A stretch of DNA of 64,000 nucleotides, taken from the IMG/VR virus record IMGVR_UViG_3300030060_005500. The stretch is one strand, 5' to 3'. This DNA is from an uncultured virus (IMG/VR IMGVR_UViG_3300030060_005500) (taxonomy: Duplodnaviria > Heunggongvirae > Uroviricota > Caudoviricetes). The translations under genes were made by a program, and so were the position numbers. This document shows, piece after piece, positions 9,838-19,171 of this stretch (position 1 is the stretch's first letter; each line of letters opens with the position of its first letter). The notes beneath the pieces are model-generated. The model saw only the letters and a program-made list of their open reading frames with translations, ran no database searches and was not told the origin of the DNA.

Positions 9838-9963
9838 TGATCCAGATATAGTGTTTGTAATAAACTACCAGCACCATATGTAGTGTCAATCGACTTTAAT
9901 AATCTCTTTATGTTATTAAGTGGGTATAGGACGATTTAAAATAAGATAACTGCAATATGGAGT

Positions 9964-10335
9964 ATGTTTAGAAATGAACAGGAACCTTTATCCCTGCTCT
10001 ACGAACTCACTCCCCGACTAGCGAAAAAACGATATCGACAATCAATCTATGAGGCGTGGCACCACCAGTGTGGGTATTGTGGGGAAATGGCTACATCTTT
10101 AGATCACATCATTCCAAGATTTCGTTCTGGTTCTAGTAATCGGAATAATCTAGTGCCTGCTTGTCGAAGTTGTAACGCAAATAAAGGAAGCCAAAATATG
10201 GAAGAGTGGTATAAGAAACAAGAGTTTTTTGATAATTTAAAATTTGTAAAGTTAGTGGAATGGACTCAGCAAGATCTATCTGAAGTTATTTGCGTTACTG
10301 CCTATAATCAATATAGAGATGTTATTAGTGCGTGA
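9964..10335 (+). CDS. HNH endonuclease
   Basis: CGYCG...LDHIIP...NLVPACRSCNANK. Confidence 0.9.
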   Translation: MFRNEQEPLSLLYELTPRLAKKRYRQSIYEAWHHQCGYCGEMATSLDHIIPRFRSGSSNRNNLVPACRSCNANKGSQNMEEWYKKQEFFDNLKFVKLVEWTQQDLSEVICVTAYNQYRDVISA

Positions 10336-10835
10336 GATTTTCTGAGTGGGAGAAAGATGTTGCTCCTAAATTAATGGCTGCTGTAACGGCTGCAGGAGAC
10401 AATAAGCATGCTTTTGATTATCTAATTCAACAAGGCTATTGCATTCGTATTTTCGACAACTTATATGATCAGGATTACCCTCCCACGAGAGAAGAGTTGT
10501 TAGATGTGACTAGACTCTTGTTTTCTGTCATGCCTAGTAATCCTTTTTACCAAGAGCATATAAAAACACTACAGCCCATAGCGACTATGGCTTGGGAGTC
10601 ATGGGAACAGGCTAATAAGTTATGTGAATTATCTTGCACAGATAGAATATATGCTCACGTTTTTCGGGATCAATTCAATCAAATGAATGAGATCGTAGCT
10701 TTACTGACACAGGGTTATGAGAAGATGCTTGAGGTTAAACAAGGATTAGAGCATACCTTTTCGGATTCTTGGATGAAATCTTTAAAAGGAACCAATGTTA
10801 CCTTAAATTACACTCCTTACATTGATCAGACATGA
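10332..10835 (+). CDS. Helical phage protein with DxxxD motif
   Basis: FDNLYDQD...MPSNPFY...WEQAN; GTGA overlap. Confidence 0.55.
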   Translation: MRFSEWEKDVAPKLMAAVTAAGDNKHAFDYLIQQGYCIRIFDNLYDQDYPPTREELLDVTRLLFSVMPSNPFYQEHIKTLQPIATMAWESWEQANKLCELSCTDRIYAHVFRDQFNQMNEIVALLTQGYEKMLEVKQGLEHTFSDSWMKSLKGTNVTLNYTPYIDQT

Positions 10836-10863
10836 GAAGATAGTAAAAGGCGGATTCATATAA

Positions 10864-13800
10864 ATGGCTTCACGTATAGTCACTATTGGTGGGTTAAAAG
10901 ACTTTGATCTTGGGAAATATTTTGCAGGAGAGATAGATCTCCCTAGTTGGTTTTATCCTGATGAGATGGATTGGGAGTTCATGCCTCCGGAGATCGCAGA
11001 ACAGGCAGGAAGAGAGATTGCAGAGTTTGAAGCTGCAGCTTCGGCTTATCAGAATGCAGTTAATAGAGGAGATACTTACGATGATAGTGGTGTTCCTTTA
11101 ACGGGAGATCCTTCTCTAACTGAACCTGAAGAAGAAGAGATAGCTGATAATACTACGGGAGTAACATTTACTAAAGGCTCACCTGGTATAATTTATGACC
11201 CTGATGATCCAAACATTTTTAAAATAGGTAAAGAAAAAACAGATTATAGAACAAACTTAAAAACTAATTATGACACTGATCCAGGTAGAGTTACTAAAAC
11301 GGAGAGTTACCGACATTGTTGGAATAATTATTGGGGTAATAGAGAGTGTGATACTAGATATAGAACGGTAACTGATAGAGAAAAAATTAAAAGACACGAA
11401 AAACTAAATAAGGACAATAAAGAGACAAATGAAAAAAATAAATTATTAAATGCAAAAAATAAAAAAAGAAATAATGCTTATGTAGATGCAGTGAATACAG
11501 CTAAAACCACCAGTACAGGAGAGTATGCCGTAAAAAGAAATACACTAAGAGATTTAGATGTAGATGATGAAGTCAAAGGTATCTTAGAAGGTGAGTTCAA
11601 AAGTTTTTATAGAGATCAAAAACTTAATAAATGGGACAGCAGATTAGGAACTAAACCGGATTATGGTGATTTCAATTCCTCTTATTATGGAAGCACTTAC
11701 TCAAACGTAAAAACTGCTTACGATGCATATGAGGCTGACGATGATATAGATGTAACAGAGGGATACGGAAGAGATAATTACTATTATTGGCATTACACTA
11801 ATCAAGGAAAAGCAGAAGGTAAAAGAGGAAATAAATCTGAGATACTAGCACAGTCAAGAGATTACTTAGAAGAAGCTCCAGAGTTTGCTGAGGGAGGTTG
11901 GGAGAATCAAACTGATGCTGATTTAGCTTTTATAAGAGACCGTCAATTAGGAATAAGTGATAACCAGACTGAAAGATTCTTAAATGTGCCTGAGATTTCC
12001 GATCTTTGGGAAGAAGCAAAGCAGGCTAAGCAAGAAGGAAAGAATAATCACTTTATTAATCTCGGAAAAGATTATTATTTGGATGTAGAAAATGCAGATG
12101 AGTTTGTAGCTTTATTCCGTTTATCTGAGAGACCTGAAGATAAAAGTATTAATTTTAAATTTAATCTGGAGAGTGGATCAGATGTGGGTATATCTGATTT
12201 AGAAGATCAGATCACGTCTACTATCGGTGCTGAGGGTATAACAGCGACAAAGAAATTTGCTGCTCTTAATCAAAATGTATTGAAAGACTCCATTAATGAA
12301 TTGAAAAAAGCTAAGCTAAGAGAACAGGAGTTAGACATGTTGTCTGGTTTTGGTACTTTCGGAGAGATATTTGATATAAATAAAACTTTAACTGATTCTT
12401 TATTAAATGACACTGGGATAGGAGGCTACCTGCCCTTCACAGGCGGTAAAGGAGGGTTTGATGAAGAATCCCTAGAGAGACAACTTAAAGGCGTTACAGG
12501 AGTTAGTAACGAGGTTGTATACAATTGGCAAGAATGGTTTGATAAAAGTATCCAAGAAAAATATCAACAGGAACTCGATTTAGGATTTACGGTAGAAGAA
12601 GCAGAAGCAAACGTTCGTATTCAAAAGGAATTTGCCGAGTCTTATATTAACGATTACTTGAAACCTAGATTTGATGAATCTCGTTCCATGAATGAGTTTG
12701 TAGAGTATTTAGATGTCAGACAAGAGGAACAAAACCCTTTTCAGACACAAAGTTTACTTAACGCTCTGAATGAAATAGGTAATAGAAGAGCAAAAACATT
12801 TTTAGACCAAATACGTCAGGATGCAATTGATGCAGGAGGAAAGAGAGGTTTTAATTCTACTTTTTATTTCGATCCTACTGTTAGTGAAGGAAGTGAAGAG
12901 AATGAAAAGTATGTGAGACAGAGAGATACCATTGCTTCTGATTGGGATAAAGCAAGAGATAACCCAGATGCTTCTATAGAAGGATTAGGTTATGACACTA
13001 CTTGGAAAGCACAGGCATATAGGTATGGTGTAGATATTAATAATCAGGATCAATTCGCTCGTTTACATTATCAGGTAAAAGGTAAAAATCCTGAATATCA
13101 ATTTGATGGAGCTGAAGATATTGTTAATGTAGATAAAGTAAAGAATCTCTTATATGACAACATATTACCTGCTTTAGAGAAAGAAGTTAAAAATACGAAA
13201 ACAATATTTGGTAATTTTATTAGACCAGAAGAATTTGCAGATGACATGCTAAAGGGACTAGATCCTAATGAACCGGAGAGTTGGAATAAAGCTTTAGAGG
13301 AATTAGGATTAGAAAACTTCGATGGAACATTAGAAGATTTAAAAGAGTTTATAACCAGCACTTTAAGCACAGGGTCAGCTGAAGATATAAGAGCACAGAT
13401 AAAGTTTCTAAATGAAAAACGAAAGAAACCCGATCAGTATCTACTAGGTGTCGAATATATTGCAAGAGAAGAGGATTACAAACCTGCTGATAAATTAAAA
13501 GGAGATACTCAACTGTATAAAATATTCCAAGATGCTGGGTATGAAGGAACGGAAGATGATTTCTATGAGAATGTATTTCCTGATTTAGATCCTGGATCAC
13601 AGGCAGTATTGTCACAAGTTGGGTCTAAGGATGGGAAAATAACATTAGAGGGATTCGGAAAAGATTACAGAGACGATCCTTTTGCTGCGTTCGCCGGAAT
13701 TTCCAGACTTACTGGAGAGGATTCTGACATCTACGGTGGTACAACTAAAGAAGAAGAAGAAAAGGAAAGAGACGTAGCAGATTCATTCAGAGTCTTTACA

Positions 13801-13917
13801 GATGACGATGATGACGATGATGATGAAAGTATATTTGGCTCATATAGAAAAACTAAGTCAGGGAAAGATATATTAGATGAATATAAAAAGAGTTTTAATT
13901 TTGGTAGTTTCTTTTAA
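10864..13917 (+). CDS. Large acidic protein, probable internal virion protein
   Basis: 1017-aa ORF, D/E rich, upstream of lysozyme. Confidence 0.5.
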   Translation: MASRIVTIGGLKDFDLGKYFAGEIDLPSWFYPDEMDWEFMPPEIAEQAGREIAEFEAAASAYQNAVNRGDTYDDSGVPLTGDPSLTEPEEEEIADNTTGVTFTKGSPGIIYDPDDPNIFKIGKEKTDYRTNLKTNYDTDPGRVTKTESYRHCWNNYWGNRECDTRYRTVTDREKIKRHEKLNKDNKETNEKNKLLNAKNKKRNNAYVDAVNTAKTTSTGEYAVKRNTLRDLDVDDEVKGILEGEFKSFYRDQKLNKWDSRLGTKPDYGDFNSSYYGSTYSNVKTAYDAYEADDDIDVTEGYGRDNYYYWHYTNQGKAEGKRGNKSEILAQSRDYLEEAPEFAEGGWENQTDADLAFIRDRQLGISDNQTERFLNVPEISDLWEEAKQAKQEGKNNHFINLGKDYYLDVENADEFVALFRLSERPEDKSINFKFNLESGSDVGISDLEDQITSTIGAEGITATKKFAALNQNVLKDSINELKKAKLREQELDMLSGFGTFGEIFDINKTLTDSLLNDTGIGGYLPFTGGKGGFDEESLERQLKGVTGVSNEVVYNWQEWFDKSIQEKYQQELDLGFTVEEAEANVRIQKEFAESYINDYLKPRFDESRSMNEFVEYLDVRQEEQNPFQTQSLLNALNEIGNRRAKTFLDQIRQDAIDAGGKRGFNSTFYFDPTVSEGSEENEKYVRQRDTIASDWDKARDNPDASIEGLGYDTTWKAQAYRYGVDINNQDQFARLHYQVKGKNPEYQFDGAEDIVNVDKVKNLLYDNILPALEKEVKNTKTIFGNFIRPEEFADDMLKGLDPNEPESWNKALEELGLENFDGTLEDLKEFITSTLSTGSAEDIRAQIKFLNEKRKKPDQYLLGVEYIAREEDYKPADKLKGDTQLYKIFQDAGYEGTEDDFYENVFPDLDPGSQAVLSQVGSKDGKITLEGFGKDYRDDPFAAFAGISRLTGEDSDIYGGTTKEEEEKERDVADSFRVFTDDDDDDDDESIFGSYRKTKSGKDILDEYKKSFNFGSFF

Positions 13918-13925
13918 CCTTACAC

Positions 13926-14225
13926 ATGTCTGATAAACGTAAAAAAGCAGCAAGTGCAGCAAAGATAGCTAAGGATAAATTAGCATGCAATAAAGCAAAG
14001 AAAACTCCTAAACATCCTACTAAGTCCCATGTAGTAAAAGCGTGTAAAGATGGTAAAGAAAAAATAATAAGATTTGGTCAACAAGGTGTAAAAGGAGCTG
14101 GTAAAAATCCTAAAACAGCAAAAGAAAAAGCCCGTAAGAAGTCTTACTATGCCAGACATAACGCACAAGACTCCAGTCCCGATATCTTTTCAGCTAGGTA
14201 TTGGTCTCATAAGGTGAAATGGTAA
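13926..14225 (+). CDS. Small basic phage protein
   Basis: KIIRFGQQG...SYYARH...SARYWSHKVKW pattern common in phages. Confidence 0.65.
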   Translation: MSDKRKKAASAAKIAKDKLACNKAKKTPKHPTKSHVVKACKDGKEKIIRFGQQGVKGAGKNPKTAKEKARKKSYYARHNAQDSSPDIFSARYWSHKVKW

Positions 14226-14266
14226 ATAAAATTGTGTATGATTAGTAATAATAAGGTATTACTATT

Positions 14267-14941
14267 ATGTCCGGTTTTCCTAAAGCCATTGATTTAATTT
14301 GCAGGTATGAAGGTTATAACGAACAGGCATATTGTGACCCCATAAGTAATAAAGAACCATACACATTTGGATATGGAACACAGTTTTATCCAGATGGATC
14401 TCCTGTTAAGAAAGGACATCGCTGTACTAAGAAAAGAGCTTTGGAATTTTTAATGAATGAGATCTACGTAATTGATACCGAACTGGATAAATTACACCTA
14501 GATATTGATAATTCAATGAGAGAATCTTTAGTCTCATTTATACACTCAATAGGATGGGAACCTTTCTTATATAGCAGCGTTGTTGATCATATTGATGCTC
14601 AAAAATACCATGCAGCTGCAGATGAGATGAATAGATGGATATTTAACCAAAATCACAGAGCAATAGGACTTTTGTTACATAGAAGACAAGAAGAGACTAA
14701 TTTATTTTTATCGGAGGTAGATTCGAATGTAGCTTCTCTTCCTAATATTCTGTTAACCGCCATGAAGGAGTATACCGGACATCCAAATCAGATACAGGCG
14801 TTAGTTAATTTGGAGCAGAGAATAAACCCTTACATACTCACTGAATTCATGAACACCTTTGCAACGGAACCTACTAAACCTTCAATTCCTGTACAAAAGA
14901 GCACAGATTACGAACTTAGCTATGGTGATTTTGATAGATAG
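14267..14941 (+). CDS. Phage lysozyme (GH24-like)
   Basis: LICRYEG...AYCDP...TFGYG, SLVSFIHSIG, GLLLHRRQEE. Confidence 0.85.
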   Translation: MSGFPKAIDLICRYEGYNEQAYCDPISNKEPYTFGYGTQFYPDGSPVKKGHRCTKKRALEFLMNEIYVIDTELDKLHLDIDNSMRESLVSFIHSIGWEPFLYSSVVDHIDAQKYHAAADEMNRWIFNQNHRAIGLLLHRRQEETNLFLSEVDSNVASLPNILLTAMKEYTGHPNQIQALVNLEQRINPYILTEFMNTFATEPTKPSIPVQKSTDYELSYGDFDR

Positions 14942-14974
14942 TCGTAGAATAGGTTTAGAAAATAGTAACAACTA

Positions 14975-15277
14975 ATGGAAAATTCAGTTGAACCAAAAGC
15001 ATTTCAGCTGCCGTTAGAGCTACAGTTTTCCATGCGGAAAGCTGAGATGAAAGCCAGTGAGATGAATTGGGATCAGCTTTACCTTGCCTTGTTAAGCTTG
15101 TATCACCAGCGTCTGATGGAATGGCATGCTCTTAAATCTCTTATGGCAGAAGAGAATGTTGATATTGATTTTGATGTACCTACAGATATTGAGCTACTAG
15201 ATCTTGTGTCTAAGTCTCAGGAACTTATTGAGGAAGAACTGGATGATGAGGAGGGAGAAGAACCTCTAAGTATCTAG
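14975..15277 (+). CDS. nblA: NblA-like phycobiliprotein degradation adaptor with acidic tail
   Basis: LPLELQFSMR...EMNWDQL...LLSLYHQRL matches the NblA L(S/P)LEQQF...MSxEQ...LxxLYxQ pattern. Confidence 0.7.
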   Translation: MENSVEPKAFQLPLELQFSMRKAEMKASEMNWDQLYLALLSLYHQRLMEWHALKSLMAEENVDIDFDVPTDIELLDLVSKSQELIEEELDDEEGEEPLSI

Positions 15278-15556
15278 TTCTATGAGCTTAGACAAATACC
15301 ATTTAGCTTTTCTTAAGGATTCTTTTCCTCCTTTATGCCGTTCACGCCACATATATTTAGCTACATTACCTTTTAGATAACCACGGAACTCTTCTGGAGT
15401 CAGCTGGGCCTCTATCGCATCTATACATTCTACAGAACTTGCTGCATAGTGTATCGGTTTTTCTACAGGATCAAAGAAGTGTAAGGTACCATCTGTCTCT
15501 GTAGTGGAGAACTGTGCAGGCATTGGGCAAAAATCATCAGTGCACTCTTCTATCAC
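15266..15556 (-). CDS. DUF3310 / T7 gp1.7-like protein
   Basis: DPVEKPIHY...ECIDAI...GYLKGNVAKYMWR..HKGG.ESLRKAKWYL; likely GTG start at 15556 overlapping upstream TGA. Confidence 0.85.
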   Translation of the reverse strand: MIEECTDDFCPMPAQFSTTETDGTLHFFDPVEKPIHYAASSVECIDAIEAQLTPEEFRGYLKGNVAKYMWRERHKGGKESLRKAKWYLSKLIELDT

Positions 15557-15870
15557 TTCTTGGTTCCCGAATTCGGAGAGTCTAAAGCCATTAAGAGGGT
15601 TCTTGGCCTGACTGAAACCGCTGGATAATTCTTCATCGCCTCTTCCATAGATGGTATGTATCCCGTCATTCCTGGGCGTTGTCCCTCCATCCCTAAATTC
15701 TTTCTCTCCATTCCCTCTTCGCATGCTGCTAATCCTCGATTATACATATCATACAGAGGAACATCATTTTTTTCATTATCTATTTCAGCTCCAAAATCTT
15801 CTATAGATAGACCTCTGCATTTGACTTCGTCTTTAACGAAATCACTTAGAAAATTAGTTGCACCAAGCAT
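15553..15870 (-). CDS. Hypothetical protein
   Basis: 105-aa ORF. Confidence 0.55.
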   Translation of the reverse strand: MLGATNFLSDFVKDEVKCRGLSIEDFGAEIDNEKNDVPLYDMYNRGLAACEEGMERKNLGMEGQRPGMTGYIPSMEEAMKNYPAVSVRPRTLLMALDSPNSGTKK

Positions 15871-15910
15871 GGCTATATAAGGTATGATTTCTTTCTCTTA
15901 CAATGGTATC

Positions 15911-16297
15911 ATGGCACGATTCTACGATTCCACTTACGACCCCAGACAAGACTCAGGTACATCTGGAGCAGAACTATCAGACTTAAATCCTGAACAAGGA
16001 TATGATGTAGACCTGCGTCGTTTCGATATGGATCAGCGAGGAGATGTAGAAGATATAAATAACCAGCAGAACAGAGTAAGACGGTTCTTCAAATCTGCAA
16101 AAGCTGCAGGAGCATTTAGACAACAATCTGGATTTGATGAGCCTTCTTTAGGAGGACGTATACCGGTAGGTAAGGCAGACATTGGTGGTACAGAGTTACC
16201 AAGTCTCAGAGGACGTAATTTTGGAGGACCGGGAGCAGGGTCTACTGAATATGCCAGTAAACCAAAACCACAGTTTGGAAAAGCTTTTTATTTATAA
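15911..16297 (+). CDS. Hypothetical protein
   Basis: 128 aa from ATG 15911. Confidence 0.55.
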   Translation: MARFYDSTYDPRQDSGTSGAELSDLNPEQGYDVDLRRFDMDQRGDVEDINNQQNRVRRFFKSAKAAGAFRQQSGFDEPSLGGRIPVGKADIGGTELPSLRGRNFGGPGAGSTEYASKPKPQFGKAFYL

Positions 16298-16870
16298 CTA
16301 AACACCTACGGGCTTATTTATACTTTTTCTCTTTCTTTCTGGATAATCAATATCGCAAGGATTACCTCTATAAAATAACAATTGGGTGATGCCTTCATTG
16401 GCATAAATTCTATTAAATAAGGAGGTACAATTACTAATTTGTAATGTTAAATAACCCTCCCATCCACTTTCAGCTGGAGTGATATTACAAAATATTCCTG
16501 ATCTTGCGTAGCTTGATTTTCCTACAGCCATTACAGTTATATCTTTAGGTAATTTTAATCTTTCTTCTGCTCTACATAGACAATATCCATAAGGTGGTAA
16601 CAAGAAGTATTTACCTCTTTCATCTTCATTTAGTTCTGTATTTTTCAGTATTTCAGTATCAAAATCTTTAGGATCACACATGCCTGTTTGTGTACCTCCA
16701 AACAGTAAACATTTTTCTTCAGACAATCTTATATCGTAGCCATAAGAGTTTAATCCATAACTTAAAGTCTTCTTACCATTAATTTCCTTAACTTCAGTTG
16801 GCACAAAGGGTTCTATCATGTTTTCTTTATCAACAAGATGCTTAATTTCCCAATCAGATAAGATACTCAT
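16298..16870 (-). CDS. dcd: dCTP deaminase
   Basis: SYGLNSYGYDIRL, GKSSYARSGI, TPAESGWEGYLTL, YANEGITQ. Confidence 0.92.
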   Translation of the reverse strand: MSILSDWEIKHLVDKENMIEPFVPTEVKEINGKKTLSYGLNSYGYDIRLSEEKCLLFGGTQTGMCDPKDFDTEILKNTELNEDERGKYFLLPPYGYCLCRAEERLKLPKDITVMAVGKSSYARSGIFCNITPAESGWEGYLTLQISNCTSLFNRIYANEGITQLLFYRGNPCDIDYPERKRKSINKPVGV

Positions 16871-16903
16871 GGTCGTTTTTTATATCGTTCGAGTATATCT
16901 AAT

Positions 16904-17491
16904 CTAACAAAGGAGTCTACCTTTTTCACCATAAATATCTATGAACTTTTCTATCATTTTTGTAGAGTCCTGTATTGGTGGTAGATATACCAAAAAGGAT
17001 GTACAAGTTTTATGCGAACTGATACCTTTGCTTGTATTTTTTAATAACGTCGGAGCTGTCTTTAATATACAAATAGGGAAGTCAAATATCTTTTGTTCGT
17101 ATCTAATCATGTCAGGACAATTTGTAAAATAGAGTCCTTGTTTCACTTCTTTTGCTAACCAAGCTTTATACAATTTACGGAACCATACAGCATGAGAAGA
17201 AGTTAAGCTCGGAGAGGACGCTCTAGTCATCTTCCACTTAACATTTTTCTTGTCCCAAAAGTACGCTCCACTAGGAGGAAAGAGGTATACATTTCCGTAC
17301 CATTGTTGACAATTAAGACCATCATCACTGGGACTAAAGAATTCATCAGCCTCTACATACTTATTGGCTGTTTTTGAACTTGCGGCGTCTAATTCTATAC
17401 CTTCTAACAAAGCATGAGCAGAAGCAATAAGGTCGTAATTAGTAATTAATTCAAGGTCTTCTCTCCTTTTGGTGACATCATGTATGGCCAT
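16904..17491 (-). CDS. Phage N6-adenine methyltransferase-like protein with degenerate motif IV
   Basis: LDAASS..AN...DDGL..QWYGNVYLFPPS (NPPY expected). Confidence 0.65.
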   Translation of the reverse strand: MAIHDVTKRREDLELITNYDLIASAHALLEGIELDAASSKTANKYVEADEFFSPSDDGLNCQQWYGNVYLFPPSGAYFWDKKNVKWKMTRASSPSLTSSHAVWFRKLYKAWLAKEVKQGLYFTNCPDMIRYEQKIFDFPICILKTAPTLLKNTSKGISSHKTCTSFLVYLPPIQDSTKMIEKFIDIYGEKGRLLC

Positions 17492-17895
17492 TAATTCATG
17501 GAACAAGGAGAGGCATCTACTTTATCAAAGTTTTCATAATCAATTTCTAGATATCTAATACCATCCTTATCTAATACCATGTATCCTGATTTCTTTTTAG
17601 GATCTATTTCCTCTGCTCTATTTAATATTCTCTTTAGACTTTCAGCTAAATCATCATTATTAATGGCTTCGCATAGTCGTATATCCTCTCGTATGTCTTC
17701 CAAACTACACCAAGTTTCTACCTTTTGATTAGGATTTAGACGCATAACCCCTGGCCCTTTAAGATTCCAAAACTTTAAATACTGTTCTCCTTGGTCTGCA
17801 AGTATGAATTTAATGGTGGTGTCTAAGAAAGCGGCTTTATTTGGGTCCATATCTGGTCCTATTACGGAAGCGATTAGTTTTTCTCTTCTATTCAT
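17491..17895 (-). CDS. Hypothetical protein
   Basis: 134 aa, coupled in operon. Confidence 0.6.
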   Translation of the reverse strand: MNRREKLIASVIGPDMDPNKAAFLDTTIKFILADQGEQYLKFWNLKGPGVMRLNPNQKVETWCSLEDIREDIRLCEAINNDDLAESLKRILNRAEEIDPKKKSGYMVLDKDGIRYLEIDYENFDKVDASPCSMN

Positions 17896-18353
17896 TTTTT
17901 TAGTAGTCCCTGTTTGGTTAGTGATTCGAGTAATTTAGGCATCGGTTGATAAAGAACAACCATTTTTCCTAAAATACCACGCTTCTTTACTAATTTGCCA
18001 TCCTTATCTCTTACTTTATTGAACTCTCCTGACCTTATTAAATATTCAGCAACACAGCGTAATCGTCTTTTTAAAGGTAACTCAGCTTGAGGAAACTTAC
18101 CACAAATAGTATCTGCCTTCATGTCTTGAAAAGCAATTCGTAATCTGTTTGCTAAAGTCATATTTGAATTTGCATCTTCTTCCTCATAATTTTTTACATT
18201 TTCTAAATATCTTTTTAAACATCCATCATCAAAAGATCCTTCGGGAGGCATAAACATTTCCACTTGTAGTTGTAAAGATTTAGATAATGTTTGTTTATAA
18301 TTTTTTACCGTAACTTTTGTTATATCGATGTTAACGAACCGATGAGCTATCAT
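17892..18353 (-). CDS. Hypothetical protein
   Basis: 153 aa, ATGA coupling. Confidence 0.6.
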   Translation of the reverse strand: MIAHRFVNIDITKVTVKNYKQTLSKSLQLQVEMFMPPEGSFDDGCLKRYLENVKNYEEEDANSNMTLANRLRIAFQDMKADTICGKFPQAELPLKRRLRCVAEYLIRSGEFNKVRDKDGKLVKKRGILGKMVVLYQPMPKLLESLTKQGLLKK

Positions 18354-18766
18354 GTTAATTTACCGGAGCTAGTTGTTATATACATAGGAGAAGCTTTTTT
18401 ACGATAATCTTGTGAATTAAAGTCTCTATTCTTAGCAAAAGATTGTACTAATTGATTCCATGGGATTCTTATCAATGCTTTTCTGCCTGAATCAGGTGAA
18501 GCATTAACATAATGTATACCTTCGACCCAACCTTTTTCAGGATTCTTTTTACCTAGAGCCATCCAATTACGAAGTGTCTGATCTGAAACTCCCAATCTAC
18601 GAGAGCATTCTTCGGTGCTAATGTATTCATCAGCAAAAGCTTGAGGGTTAAGAACATCCGTAGAATTATCTTCGTAACGACTATGCCACATTGCAGATAA
18701 AATATTTTTTATCCCTTTTAATTCCCACGCTATATCTTCCAAACCCTTGCGTAATCCTGGCCTCAT
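18350..18766 (-). CDS. MerR/excisionase-type HTH protein
   Basis: YISTEECSRRLGVSDQTLRNW...GWVEGIHY. Confidence 0.75.
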   Translation of the reverse strand: MRPGLRKGLEDIAWELKGIKNILSAMWHSRYEDNSTDVLNPQAFADEYISTEECSRRLGVSDQTLRNWMALGKKNPEKGWVEGIHYVNASPDSGRKALIRIPWNQLVQSFAKNRDFNSQDYRKKASPMYITTSSGKLT

Positions 18767-18818
18767 AATACCACTCCTGTCTATTAGATGCTAATGTGAA
18801 AGTAAATAGTTTTCGTCA

Positions 18819-19118
18819 ATGGAAGAACAAGTACCTCCTAGTCAATCACCAGTTAATCCGCAGATTACTCCCGAACAAATAGAGCAAATGAAAGCTCGTG
18901 CTAAAGAGTTGGCTATACAACAAACTTTAGCTCAAAATGCACCTACTTTGCCACCTCAAGGCCAACTTCAACCCAAAGTAGTTTATGTTAGAAGAAACTT
19001 AACGATTGCAGAGATTGTTTTACTATTAGTAGTTTCTTGTTGTTTAGTTACTGGGGTACAATTTACATGGAATGTTGTTAACGAATTCTTACCAAGATTA
19101 GAGATAAGAGTTAAATAA
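18819..19118 (+). CDS. Single-pass membrane protein
   Basis: Gln/Pro-rich N-terminus and EIVLLLVVSCCLVTGV helix. Confidence 0.6.
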   Translation: MEEQVPPSQSPVNPQITPEQIEQMKARAKELAIQQTLAQNAPTLPPQGQLQPKVVYVRRNLTIAEIVLLLVVSCCLVTGVQFTWNVVNEFLPRLEIRVK

Positions 19119-19171
19119 GCCTCAGAATACTGGATCTATAATTGTTAAATAAGCATGCATATTTATAGGTC

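Noticed and set aside
15557..15724. Long overlap of DUF3310 ORF with upstream gene
   Set aside because: In-frame GTG at 15556 overlapping the upstream TGA explains it
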